A DNA stretch of 63,057 nucleotides, counting the filler, from an uncultured bacterium (GTDB lineage Bacteria; CAYJOG01): NCBI GenBank assembly GCA_964371695.1. It is 26 parts of 26 records of this genome, joined end to end, with 100 filler letters (N's around TTAATTAATTAA, not from the genome) between each part and the next. Parts side by side here need not be neighbours in the genome. Positions count along the whole stretch, not along the records: positions 17,606 to 19,987 come from CAYJOG010000520.1; positions 20,088 to 22,462 come from CAYJOG010000521.1; positions 22,563 to 24,935 come from CAYJOG010000522.1; positions 25,036 to 27,377 come from CAYJOG010000523.1; positions 27,478 to 29,818 come from CAYJOG010000524.1; 21 more parts are not named here. One strand, 5' to 3'. Both the position numbers and the translations under genes were made by a program. The notes below the pieces were generated by a model. The model was not told the origin of the DNA and made no database searches. It saw only the letters and a program-made list of their open reading frames with translations. Position 1 is the stretch's first letter. Each line of letters begins with the position of its first letter. Shown here piece by piece: positions 17,606 through 29,276 of this stretch.

Positions 17606-19940
17606 GGGGCTGGAGTTGTTCAAAGGCACGGGCAGCGGTTTCGTTGTCGCCCACCTTGGCTGCGGACTGGCCGAGGCGCGCCAGCACGGAAGATTTAAGT
17701 GTTTCCGCCATTTTCTGGCCAGTGGTTTTCTCCCGCTTTTCCGCCAGCATCAGGGCTTTGTCCAGCGCCCGCCGGGCCTTGCGAAACTCACCCGCGCCAA
17801 ACCACGCCTCGCCGGTGCGGTAATAAAACTCCGGGGTTTCGGGCAACAGGGGCCGGGCTGTGGCATACATTTTCAGGGCCTGTTCAAACTCTTTCCGGGC
17901 CACCGCCTCATCGGCCAGTTTCAGTAAAACCAGACCATACAACCCACCACCGCCGGGGTGGTTTCTGATTTGGGCGAGCCGGGCCTGAAGCAGGTTTTCC
18001 GCCTCTTCGTAATGGCCGGAAAGCAGCTCCAGCTTGGCCAGTTCAATGCGGTGTGAAGGTTCGTCTGGGTCCAGACGCAAGGCCCGCTCCAGGCGTTCGC
18101 GGGCGTCGTCCTCATTTCTGTTTTTCAGCGAAAGCTGGCCCAGCAGCGAAAGCACCAGCGGCGAGTCCCACCCCAGGCGCAGGGCCATCTTTTGCAGCAC
18201 AGCCCGGTGTTTTTTTTGTGTGGATAAAACGGCCAGATTGCCGAAGTAATGGGCCAGGGCCTCTTTGCCCAGGTGATCACGCTGGAACTGCTGCGCCTGT
18301 GGCCAGGGGCCTTTTTCCAGAAACCGCCGGGTGGGCGGCGGCAGGCTATAGGGCGGTGGTGGAAACAACCACAAGGCCCCCCAGGGTTTGCGCCATTCTT
18401 CTGGGAACGGCAGCAGAGAGGACGCGCCCCTCTGCCCTTGCCGTGCGGTGAGCGAAAGCGAAAACCAGTCCAGACCCGACGCCACAAAACGCCGCTCCAC
18501 CTGCCGCTGAACACCACTCACCACCTCCAGAAAAACCGCTTCGGCCCCCCGGCTCTGACGCAGGGGTTCCAGGCGGCCCCCTTCCCAGATTCGCCCCAGC
18601 ACGTCTTTGATTTCGATGTCTGGCCGGTTGCGTTTCAGGCCGTGTTCATAGAGCAGCAGAAAGTGTTCGTTGGTGAGGTGTGAAAGATAAAGGCTCTCAA
18701 ACGGCAACGGCGACAGGGTGCGTTCAAACAGACGTTGCTGTACGCGGTCTACCGAACGGTAACCCCACATCGCCCACACCCCCTGCGCCGCAAACAGACC
18801 CATGACGGCCACCGTGGCCCAGGCCAGTGGCAGCGCCGGGCGCGACGCCAGCCACATCACCAAACCCAGCGCCGCCACCGGGCCGTAATATTGGGCGTAG
18901 GTGAGCAGGCCTAAGGGGGTGTCGGGCAGACGGATCAGAAGCGCCATGAGCAACAGATAGGCCCCCGCTGCGGCCAACAGGCCCAACGTTTTCAGCTTCT
19001 TTTTTTCTGGTTGCCACTTCTGGGCCGTCACGCCCAGCAACAGCACCCCCCCCATGGCCCCCCAATCCCGAATGGCCAGCCAGAGATGGCCCAAAACAGC
19101 CCCCGTTTGGGGCAGGCGGGTTTGCAGCGAGGGGCCGGTGGTTTTATAGGTGAGGTAATCCCGCCACGAGGTGGCGTCAGACCACAAAAACCACAGGCCA
19201 CTGGCGCTGCGCAGCGGCAGATACCACTCCAGCGACAACACCAGCAGACCCATCCACAGGGCCACCCCCAACAAGGTGGCAAGGCGCGCTTTTTGTTTGA
19301 AAGACTGGCCCACCACCACACCCGCCAACACCAGCCCCGCCACAAAACCCGACGGATGCGCCGCCCCCGCCAATGCCGCCAGAAACACCCACAACAACGG
19401 ACTCTTCCCCTGCCCTCGCCACCACCAGAGACCCAGCAAACCACAAAACAAAAAAGGGCCGCCGTAAACATCGGTGTAAGCCTGATAAAACACAAGCCGC
19501 TCACACAGCAGCAACAACACCGCCCCGGCGGCCAGCAGGCATTTTTGCGCCGAACGTTCTTTGGGGGCCAGCGCAAAAAACGCCAGCGCCACGGTGGCGG
19601 GAAACAACAACATGGAAGACAGCGCCACGCCAAACCCCGGCTCGGCAAACGCCATGCGGCTGAAGGGCCAGTTCAACAGCGGATGCCATGGATAACCCGG
19701 CATGTGCTGCAACCCCAGAAAAAAAGTGGACGTGATGAACTCGCCCGAATCGTCACCCCCCAGATAGGACGGCAGACCGAGAATCCCCGACAACCAGCCG
19801 GCCAGAAACACCAGGGCGCTGCCGAGCGCGTGTTGTTGCCGGGTCACCCGGCAAGACAAAGCCGGGCGGCCCTGTTCACGGGCCACGGCGGCGCTGACGG
19901 ACTTTTTTGCAGCAGATTTTTTGGGCGGGGGCGCTGGCAC
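17606..19940 (-). CDS. DUF2723 / TMEM260-like GT-C glycosyltransferase with C-terminal TPRs, 3'-truncated
   Basis: GDDSGEF...LG..HMPGYP, WYLPLRS...W.D motifs; multiple TM segments; TPRs. Confidence 0.85.
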
Positions 19941-20087
19941 GGACAGGCGCTATTTTGACACGCCGCAACAGGACTGTGGCTACCGCCNNNNNNNNNNNNN
20001 NNNNNNNNNNNNNNNNNNNNNNNNNNNNNNNTTAATTAATTAANNNNNNNNNNNNNNNNNNNNNNNNNNNNNNNNNNNNNNNNNNNN

Positions 20088-21223
20088 AGGCGAACCTGGA
20101 TTACTCTTTTCCGGAGCACCGCCCCCAGGTGCGCTCGCTCAGGCGCGACGACCTTTTCCGGGCCTTTTCTCACGTGATTGAAGCCGGTGTGCGCGAGCGG
20201 GTGGATTTTTTTGTGGTGGCGGGCAACCTGTTTCACGAAGTCACGCCCAGCAACGACACCCTCTCTTTTGTGGTGGGCAAACTGGATAGCCTCACCCGCC
20301 TCAGCCCCCGCACCCAGGTGGTGCTGATTCCGGGCGACCACGAAAAAACCCAGGCGGGCAACGCCCTGCGTGTGCTCAAGTTCATTGATCATGTGAACGT
20401 GCTGGACCCGGAGGAAAGCCCCTCGCTCAACTTCAACACCCCCGCCGGGCCGGTGACCATGGTGTGCGTGAATGCGCGTAACGGCGTGTCCCCCAAAAGC
20501 CTGCCCGCCATCAGCCGCGGTTTTGGCGCGTTGTTGTGCCACGACATCTACCAGCATTTTTTTCAGGCCCACCCCGAAGACGTGCGCCGCCGCAAAGAGG
20601 TGCTGATGGCCCTGCGGGAGCGGGGTTATGGCCTGGTGGTGCTGGGCAAGGGCCTGCGCCCCGCCGCCTACAGCCTGGACGACCTGCCCTGTGTGTGCCC
20701 CGGCGCCATCGAGCATCTTTACCTGAAAGAAGAACGCCCCCATCCCCGCTCGGCCACGGTGGTGGAGACCTTTCCCATGGGGGCCAGCGCGCGGCTGGTG
20801 GAGATTCCCACCCGCGAGGTGATCAGCCACGAGGTGCTTTTTGGCCTGGGTCAGGAGACCCCGCGCAAAATGCTGGAGCCGCTGCTGAAGGGCCTGGACC
20901 ACGAAAAAATCCTGCGCCTGGAGTTGCAGGGCGAAATGCGTTTCAAGGATTTCCGCGACATGCGCCTGGAGCATTTTCTGGAGAAGGCCCGCGAGCGTTG
21001 CCTGGACACGGTGCTGAACAACAACCTGTTTCTGGTGGACGACGACTACAGCCAGTCCGGCCCCGACGTGGCGGTGCTCAAACCCAAAATGGAGTTTGTG
21101 CGCACCATGCACGACCTCATCGAACAGTCCAAAGAAAAAGAAGGCGGCAAGGTGGGCGTCCACACCCGCCTGCTCACCCGCGTGCTGGAAATCGGCGTGA
21201 AGGAGTTCGGCGGTGATTCTTAA
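20088..21223 (+). CDS. sbcD: SbcD/Mre11-like metallophosphoesterase-fold protein with degenerate catalytic motifs, 5'-truncated
   Basis: Fold pattern RRDDLFRAF..VI....ERVDFFVVAG.LFH...P, VVLIPG.H, CPG.IE; overlaps the SbcC-like gene. Confidence 0.75.
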
Positions 21224-22462
21224 ATCCGTCCGCGCCAAGAACTTCAAGCGCTTCGCCGAACTGGTGGTGGAGGACCTGCCCACGAGCGGCGTGATTGGCG
21301 TGCTGGGACTGAACGAAAGCGGCAAGAGCACCTTTGGTGAAATCATCAGCTACGCGCTGTTTGGCCTCACCCCCTCGGCGGGAGACGGGCAGACCAAATC
21401 GCTCCTGCGCTGGGGCTGCCCTTATTTTGAAACCCAGGTGAGTTTTGAAATCAGCGGCACGCCCTATCGGGTTTACCGGCGGTTTCGCCTGGAAGGCCCC
21501 AGCGAGTGTTATCTGCTGCACGAGACAGAGGGCCGCGAAATCGCCGTGGGTGAAAAAAACGTCACCGACACCATCGCCTCGCTGCTGGGGCTGGGGTTCG
21601 AGGAGTTCCGCCACAGTATTTATGTGGCGCAAAAAGAACTGGCGCTCATCACCGACCCCCGTGTGCGCCGCAAAGACGTGCTGGAGGGCATGCTGGGCCT
21701 CAACCGCCTGCGCGAGGTAGACCGCGAAGTGGCCCGCCAGTTGCAGGGGCTGGAAAACGAACGGAATCTGGAGAGCATCCGGCTGGAGGAAATTCAGCGA
21801 CTCGACGAAGAAGTCTCCCGCGTCAAGGCCCAGGCCCAGCAATGCCTGGAAGAACGCGACGCCGTGATGAGCGAGCGGCAGAACCGCCAGATCATGGTGG
21901 CCCAGACCAGCACCCAACTCAGCGAAATGGAAGAAGCCCGCGAGGCCCGGCGCGAAGCCGAGGGCCTGGACGCCACACTGGCGGAGCGGCGCGCCGCCCT
22001 GAAAACGGTAGAAGAAAACCTGGCCCGCGCCGCCCTGGCCCAGACCCGGTTTGACGAACTGGGGCGGGAAATAGAAACCCTGCGGGATGAAGCCGAGGCC
22101 CTGCGTCAGGACACCCGCGACCTGAAACGCAAACTGGCCCTGCACGAAGCCCACGAGGAGCTCCGGGAACGGATGGAGTTCCGCCGGGGTGAACTGGCGC
22201 AGTTGCAGTCGCAGATGAACGCCCTGCAAGGGGAGAAACGGAAAATCGAAGAAGCCGAAATCGCCGTGGAGGTGCGCAGCAAAGACCTGGAAAACCACCT
22301 GAACATGCTGGCGCAGTTCCCCACGCTGGACACACTGTCAGCCGAGGTGCGGCGGTTGTCGGGCCTTTATCAGGCCGTGACGCAGAAATATGAAAGCTTC
22401 CGGGGCCGCGTGGGCCGCGAACTGGAAAAGCTGGATGAACTGGCCCAGAAACAGCACCAAAC
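21213..22462 (+). CDS. sbcC: SbcC/Rad50-like SMC-family ATPase, 3'-truncated
   Basis: NFKRF, Walker A GLNESGKST, YALFG, Q-loop IYVAQ, long coiled coil. Confidence 0.9.
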
Positions 22463-22562
22463 NNNNNNNNNNNNNNNNNNNNNNNNNNNNNNNNNNNNNN
22501 NNNNNNTTAATTAATTAANNNNNNNNNNNNNNNNNNNNNNNNNNNNNNNNNNNNNNNNNNNN

Positions 22563-24609
22563 GCTCATATGCAGCGGTCAGGCCGATAAAAGCACCGAGC
22601 TTTTTTACCTCATGGCGGAACTCCTCAACCGCGTGGGCGAATAAGACATCATGGTGTAATAAAAACACCACTCCGCCGTGGTGCTGGAATCGGGCATTCA
22701 CAAGCTGGAAACCTGGCTGGGCATCGACAACCTTTATGGGGCCGAACACACCGAGCTGGCGCACCTCGCGAGCCAGGCCGTGCGGGCGCGGGGGCTGTTC
22801 AAAAAAGACGTTCACTATGTGGTGCGCGAAGGCGAAGTGGTGATTGTGGACGAATTTACCGGGCGGCTGATGTTCGGGCGGCGATATTCCGATGGTCTGC
22901 ATCAGGCNNNNNNNNNNGAGGTGGTGGACATTCAGCGTGAGAGCCTCACCCTGGCCACCGTCACGTTCCAGAACTATTTCCGCATGTATCACCGCCTCGC
23001 GGGCATGACCGGCACCGCCAAAACCGAAGAAGACGAGTTCCGCAAAATCTATGGCTGCGACGTGGTGCAGGTGCCCACCAACAAACCCATGGTGCGCGAC
23101 GACAGCCACGACGCGGTGTATAAAAACCAGCGGGCCAAGGCCAAGGCCGTGGTGGCGTTTGTCAAAGAGCTGTACGAGAAAAAACAGCCGGTGCTGTTTG
23201 GCACCGTGAGCATCGAAAAAAGCGAGTTTTACAGCGACCTGCTCAAACACGAGGGTGTGCCCCACACCGTGCTCAACGCCAAGTTTCACGAGCGCGAAGC
23301 ACACATCGTGGCCCAGGCGGGCCGCAGCGGCTCGGTCACCATCGCCACCAACATGGCGGGGCGCGGCACCGACATCGTGCTGGGGGGAAACCCCAAGCTC
23401 ATGGCGGTGGACGAACTGGAGCGCCAGGGCAAGGCCCGCGAGGAAATCAGCGACGAAGAGTGGGCAACCCTGCTCGAACAGTTTGAACAGACCTGCGCGG
23501 CAGACCACAACGTGGTGATCGAAGCGGGGGGCCTGGCGGTGGTGGGCACCGAGCGGCACGAGAGCCGCCGCATAGACAACCAGTTGCGGGGCCGCAGCGG
23601 ACGCCAGGGAGACCCCGGCCTGTCGAAGTTTTTTGTGGCGCTGGACGACGACCTGATGCGGCTGTTTGGCAGCGACAAGCTGGGCGGCATGATGGAACGC
23701 CTGGGCATGACCGAAGACGAGGTGATCGAGCACCCCTGGGTGAGCAAGTCCATCGAGTCGGCCCAGAAAAAGGTAGAGGCCCAGCACTTTGGCTCACGCA
23801 AGCAGTTGCTGGAGTTCGACGACGTGATGAACGTGCAGCGCAGCAAAATCTATTCCGAGCGGCGGCAGATATTGGAGGGCGCGCCCCTGCGCGAAAGCCT
23901 CAAACGCGCTCTGAGCGGCATTTTGCAGCGCATGGTACACAACACCTGCCCGCCCGATACCCACCCCGATGACTGGGATCTGGAAGGGCTTTCCGTGGAA
24001 ATCCGCGAGTTTCTGCCGTTCATTCCAGAACAGGACGTGTCGGCGGACAGGTTCGCCGAAAAATCGGCAGACGAACTCACCGAGCACCTATCGGAACACT
24101 TCCTGAAGCTCTACGAAGAAAAAGAAGCCCTGTTTGGCGACGAGAACATGCAGATGGTGGAGCGATATGTTTTCCTGCGCTGCATTGACGAAGCGTGGGT
24201 GGAGCACCTGAGCGCCATGGACGCGCTGAAAGAGGGCATCTTTTTGCGGGGCTACGGCCAGGAGCAACCCATCATCGCGTATCAAAAAGAAGCCAAGGGC
24301 ATGTTCGACGAACTGCTGGAGCGCATCCGTAAAGACGCCCTGCAACGCCTGCTGCTGGCCATGCCGCATTTTGTCACCGAGGAAGAAGCCGAAGAAGAAC
24401 AGGCCATGGCCCCCATCGAGGCGGAACCCCGTTATTCCCACGTCACCACCAACCGCGAGCCAGAGGCGGGGCCGGTCACCGTGCGCGGCATGAAAAAACC
24501 CAAACCCAACGACGCCTGCCCCTGCGGCAGCGGCAAAAAGTTCAAGAAGTGCTACGGCACGTCGGGCTGCGGCCTGTTTGGCAAACAGGCCCCGTGGGAG
24601 AAGGGCTGA
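22563..24609 (+). CDS. secA: preprotein translocase SecA, 5'-truncated (low-quality 5' end, internal 10-N gap)
   Basis: [55 protein letters not shown] motif [12 protein letters not shown]. Confidence 0.98.
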
Positions 24610-24633
24610 GGGGGTTATAAGTTCCCAGCGTTA

Positions 24634-24908
24634 ATGAAAACAGACATTCGCGTCTTCACCGGAATCAGCTTCCTGGTGTTTGTGGTATTTACTCTTTTGC
24701 ATTTTCGGATTGTTGTCAGCCGCACAATTTTTTGGAGCACCTTCGGCGCAAAAATCCTCCTCCCCACAGCCTTCATTTCCTACGCCTTTTTTCCATGGGT
24801 CTCATTGCCCTTTTGCCCAAGGCGCTCAAGGCGATTTCCTTGGTCATGCTGATGGCGCTGTTTGCCATCTGGTATTTCTTTGTTGTCAAAAAGATCGTTG
24901 ACGAATGA
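24634..24908 (+). CDS. small membrane protein with an apparent frameshift at a T6 run (~24790)
   Basis: Hydrophobic N-terminal frame continues in another frame as IALLPKALKAISLVMLMALFAIWYFFVVKKIVDE*. Confidence 0.45.
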
Positions 24909-25035
24909 CTCAAGGAACACCATCAAGCGTCTGACNNNNNNNNNNNNNNNNNNNNNNNNNNNNNNNNNNNNNNNNNNNNTTAATTAATTAANNNNNNNNN
25001 NNNNNNNNNNNNNNNNNNNNNNNNNNNNNNNNNNN

Positions 25036-26381
25036 CAGTGGGTATAGGCGCTTTCGCCGTGCTGGCTGATGTCCAGGCCTTCCACTTCTTCTTCTTCGCT
25101 GGGGCGGATGCCCGTGATGAGCTTGACCACATTGGCCAGCACCAGACTGCCCACAAAACTGAACGTCGCCGCCGCCAGCACCGCGATGACCTGCACGGTG
25201 ATCTGACCGGGGTTGCCGTCTACCAGACCCAGGTTGATGGGCTGACCATCCACAATCGAGAAGGGGTAGATGGTTTTGGTGGCGAACACGCCCGTGAGGA
25301 TCGCGCCCGTGGTGCCGCCGATGAAGTGAACACCAATCACGTCCAGGCTGTCGTCCAGGCCCGTCTTGGCCCGGATGGACACCGCCAGCTGACACACCGC
25401 GCCGCCAATGAGGCCAATTACGATGGCGCTCATGGGGGTGACAAAACCCGCCGCCGGTGTGATGGCCACCAGACCAGCCACCGCGCCAGACGCCAGACCC
25501 AAAGCCGTGGGTTTGCCGTTGCGGATCCACTCCATGATCATCCAGCTGAAGGCCGCCGCCGCTGCGCCGGCGTTGGTGTTGACAAACGCAAAACCCGCCA
25601 GGGGGCCTGCGCCGTTCCACGGCCCGGCGCTGCCCGCGTTAAACCCGAACCAGCCAAACCACAAGAGGCCAGTGCCCAGCACGGTGAAAGGCACGTTGTG
25701 GGGGGTGAGGGGTTCCTTGCGATAACCCTTGCGGGGGCCAAGCACCAGGGCAAAAGCCGCTGCCGCCGCACCGCTCAGGATGTGCACCACGGTGCCGCCC
25801 GCGAAGTCCAGCGCGCCTTTTTTGAACAACCAGCCGTCGGGCGCCCACACCCAGTGCGCCACGGGCGCATAGATGAGAATGCTCCACAGCACGATGAACA
25901 GCAGATAACCGCTGAACTTCACGCGCTCGGCGATGGCGCCGGAGATCAGCGCCGGTGTGATGGCCGCAAACATGAGCTGGAAGCCCATGAAGGTGATGAA
26001 GGGATAGGTGGCGGCGTAGAAGGGATGGGGGTCACCCCACACGCCCTTCAGGCCCAGATAATCCAGGCCGCCCACCCAGCCGAAACCGTCTTTGCCGCCA
26101 ATGTCCGGGGCAAAGGCCAGTGAAAAACCCAGCACCATCCACAGCACCGAGATGACCGCAGCGGCGGCCATGCTGTGCATGAGCGTGGACAGCACGTTTT
26201 TGCCCCGCACCATGCCGCCATAAAAGAACGCCAGGCCGGGGATCATGAAGAGCACCAGGGCGCTGGATATGAGCATCCATGCGGTATCCCCGGTGTTGAT
26301 GGGAGCAGGCTCCGCCGCTTGAGCCGCCAATGGCAGCCCCAACAGCGCGAGGGTAAAGAGAGAAAAGGGTATTCGGCGCAT
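25036..26381 (-). CDS. amtB: ammonium transporter, last codons truncated
   Basis: PGLAFFYGG, FQLMFAAIT, DFAGGTVVH, WFGWFGFNAGS, DDSLDVIGVH, HGESAY; GGAGG SD. Confidence 0.97.
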
Positions 26382-26444
26382 CGCGCACACCTCCTGTGAT
26401 TTCCTGCCACGTCGCGGGTGTGTGGGCGCCTTTGCCCTGGGGGC

Positions 26445-26473
26445 ACTATAAACCAACCGGCCAGCCGGTGCAA
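26445..26473 (-). promoter_or_regulatory. putative sigma-70 promoter for amtB
   Basis: TTGCAC-N17-TATAGT on the minus strand. Confidence 0.55.
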
Positions 26474-26537
26474 CCGGGGCGAAAAAATGAGGGCGGACGG
26501 CAGAATTTCCCGCTTTCAATACTCCTGAAACCTGCTG

Positions 26538-27320
26538 CTATTCCACATTCAGGGTGATCATCACCGTGCCGTCTTCCAGGGTTTCTTCTGAAAAAACCGA
26601 AAACGGCCCCGGCTGGGCAAGGTGTTGTTTGAGCTGGGCCAGCACCTGTTGCTGCACCAGCGCGCCGTGGTCCGTTTCCAGCACCTTCAGGCGGCTCAGG
26701 GCGGCGTTCAGGTCTTCGCCGGGGGCCACGCACAAAAGCAGCGCGCCGTCCTGCTGGCGCTCGAAGTGCAGGGTGACGTGATCGATGGTGGTCTCCCAGG
26801 TGTCTTCGTCCATCTGGCACAGGCTGGCCCCCTGCCGCGACAGCGCCTGGGCCAGCAGGCCCGTGTCCCGAAAAGGCGTGGCAAAGGTGGCCGCGCCGTT
26901 TTTGGCCGGAACGAGCGCCAGGGCCTCGCCGGTGATTTTCGAGAGTTTCTCCAGCAGGGCCGCCACCTGAGTTTTGTCGTCGGGTTTGGTGAACACGGCG
27001 TGCCACGCGCCCGCCACGGGGCGCAGATAAAACGACAATCCTTCACGGGTGCGGCCTATCAGCACGCCGCCGGTTTTCTGCACAGTCAGGCCCGCCCGCT
27101 TCAGGGTGACCAGCAGGGTTTTTTCTTCGGTGAACGGCAGTGCGGCGCTCACCTCCTGCCGCAGGGCGGCTTCCTTCACGGCGGCCTTGATTTGGGCCAG
27201 GGCCTCCGGGTTCATCTCAACACGCAGGGACATGGGGCTTTTACCTTCAAGGAGTTTTGTGGTCGCTGCACCAACCAGGGGGAACAGAAGCAACGGAACC
27301 AACTCAACACCCACTGACAT
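26538..27320 (-). CDS. hypothetical protein, DUF1257-like, with an internally duplicated domain
   Basis: Two similar segments (LPFTEEKTLLVTLKRAG / TPFRDTGLLAQALSRQG); C-terminal EETLEDGTVMITL. Confidence 0.6.
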   Translation of the reverse strand: MSVGVELVPLLLFPLVGAATTKLLEGKSPMSLRVEMNPEALAQIKAAVKEAALRQEVSAALPFTEEKTLLVTLKRAGLTVQKTGGVLIGRTREGLSFYLRPVAGAWHAVFTKPDDKTQVAALLEKLSKITGEALALVPAKNGAATFATPFRDTGLLAQALSRQGASLCQMDEDTWETTIDHVTLHFERQQDGALLLCVAPGEDLNAALSRLKVLETDHGALVQQQVLAQLKQHLAQPGPFSVFSEETLEDGTVMITLNVE

Positions 27321-27477
27321 GCAGAAAAAATCTTACCATGCGCTCAGCAGGGTGTCTCCCAACACCCTGTCAGGGCANNNNNNNNNNNNNNNNNNNNNNN
27401 NNNNNNNNNNNNNNNNNNNNNTTAATTAATTAANNNNNNNNNNNNNNNNNNNNNNNNNNNNNNNNNNNNNNNNNNNN

Positions 27478-27720
27478 GGGCGGGGGGGGGGGGGGGCGCC
27501 CCGCCCCGTGGCACTGCTGCAATGGGGCAATATCCTGGTCACGGGCAGGCGCAGCCGCCGACTGAGTGAGTGGTATTTACAGTGGTACAGCTTTGCGTCG
27601 TCCCTCACCCTTTATGTGGGGGGGGTCACCGAAGAAGCCCCCTCGCTGTTTTCCTGCCCCTTCAAATATGAACTGGAGGTAGAAAAGCCCCCCCAGCCGC
27701 CAGAACCACCGCCCGAATGA
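27478..27720 (+). CDS. hypothetical protein, C-terminal fragment
   Basis: Open frame to TGA 27720 upstream of murC; contig start is low complexity. Confidence 0.4.
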   Translation, partial: GRGGGGAPRPVALLQWGNILVTGRRSRRLSEWYLQWYSFASSLTLYVGGVTEEAPSLFSCPFKYELEVEKPPQPPEPPPE

Positions 27721-27805
27721 AAAAAACAGGTTTTTTGTGCCAGGAACCTGTCAATAATGGAAACCGGGTTCGGATAATAAGTTTGGCGCTGACCCCGTAG
27801 ACCTC

Positions 27806-29191
27806 ATGAAACTCCAGCAGGACATCACCTATCACTTTGTCGGCGTCGGCGGCGTGGGCATGAGCGGCCTGGCCCAGGCCCTTTTGGCGCAGGGCTGCCG
27901 GGTGAGCGGCAGCGATCTTTCCCGCACCCCCAAAACAGAACTTCTGGAACGCCAGGGGGCCCAGGTGTTTTCAGGCCATCACGAGGCCAACACCATCCAG
28001 GCCGGTGCGCTGGTGGTTTCCAGCGCCATCAGCCTCACCAACCCCGAAGTCAAAAGCGCCATCCGCCGGGGGTTGCCCATTTTTCACCGCAGCGAAATCC
28101 TCGCCGCCCTCATGCAGCAGGGCCGGGGCATCGCCGTCAGCGGCACCCACGGCAAAACCACCACCACCAGCATGGTGTCGCTGGTGCTGGAATTTGGCGG
28201 CCTGGACCCCACCGTGCTGGTGGGGGGCGACGTGGATTATTTTGGCAGCAACGCCAAGATGGGCCAGAGCGAATGGGTGGTGGCCGAGGCCGATGAGTCC
28301 GACGGCTCCCTGTTGCGCCTGCCCAGTTACGTGGGTGTCATCACCAACATCGAAGAAGACCACATGGATTATTACCGCGACCTGAAGGCCATCGTGGAAG
28401 TGTTCAAGCGCTTCCTCATCAATCTGGCCCCCGGCGGGTTTTCGGTGTTGTGCGTGGACGACCCCTATGTGCTGGAACTCAGCCGCCTGGCGCGCTCCCG
28501 CGTGCTCACCTATGGCCTGAACCGCGAGGCGGATTTTTCCGCCACCAACATTCAGGTGCAAAACGGCAAAACCCGCTTTACAGTGATTCGCCAGGGGCAG
28601 CCTGCCTTTGACGTGTCCCTTTCCGTGCCCGGCATTCACAATGTTACCAACGCCCTGGCGGCCATTGCCGTGGGGCTGGAACTGGGTGTGCAGCGCAAGG
28701 CCATCAAAGAGGCGCTGGAGAACTTTCGGGGGGCAAGGCGGCGGTTTGAAGTGCTGGGCAAAACCTCGGCGGACATCACCATTGTGGATGACTACGCGCA
28801 CCATCCCACCGAAATCAAGGCCACCCTGCAGGCGGCCCGCAGCACGCCTTCGCGCCGTGTGGTGAGCCTGTTCCAGCCCCATCGTTACACCCGCACCAAA
28901 CACTTTTTTGAGCAATACGGCCGGTGTTTTTACAACGCCGATGAAGTGATTGTGATGGATGTTTACGGCGCGGGGGAAACCCCCATTGAAAACATCAATG
29001 GCGACCTCGTGGCCCAGGCCCTGCGCCGCTATGGCCACCCCAATGTGAAATACATTCCTGGCATCGAAGAGATTCTGAAATACCTCGAAACCTCACTCGC
29101 GCCGGGGGATCTGCTGGTGACGCTGGGGGCGGGCGACGTGTGGAAAATCGCCCACCGCCTGAGAAACAGCATGGGCGCGGTTCCGGCCTGA
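27806..29191 (+). CDS. murC: UDP-N-acetylmuramate--L-alanine ligase
   Basis: GVGGVGMSGLA, GTHGKTTT, EADESD, DHMD, DDYAHHPTE, FQPHRYTR. Confidence 0.97.
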   Translation: MKLQQDITYHFVGVGGVGMSGLAQALLAQGCRVSGSDLSRTPKTELLERQGAQVFSGHHEANTIQAGALVVSSAISLTNPEVKSAIRRGLPIFHRSEILAALMQQGRGIAVSGTHGKTTTTSMVSLVLEFGGLDPTVLVGGDVDYFGSNAKMGQSEWVVAEADESDGSLLRLPSYVGVITNIEEDHMDYYRDLKAIVEVFKRFLINLAPGGFSVLCVDDPYVLELSRLARSRVLTYGLNREADFSATNIQVQNGKTRFTVIRQGQPAFDVSLSVPGIHNVTNALAAIAVGLELGVQRKAIKEALENFRGARRRFEVLGKTSADITIVDDYAHHPTEIKATLQAARSTPSRRVVSLFQPHRYTRTKHFFEQYGRCFYNADEVIVMDVYGAGETPIENINGDLVAQALRRYGHPNVKYIPGIEEILKYLETSLAPGDLLVTLGAGDVWKIAHRLRNSMGAVPA

Positions 29192-29276
29192 AACTTTATT
29201 TCCCTCCGCCGGGTCGTACAATGCTCACCCCGGCGGAGGGCTGGCCAAAGGCGGCTGGCGATTTTGGAGAGGATTC

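Noticed and set aside
22563-22677. Three in-frame TAA codons (22642, 22657, 22660) in SecA-like sequence, suggesting recoding or a pseudogene
   Set aside because: Confined to the first ~100 nt of a contig with other divergent residues; TAA is a normal stop elsewhere; best explained by poor base calls
27478-27500. Long G-run, possible G-quadruplex
   Set aside because: At a contig edge; likely a poly-G sequencing artefact
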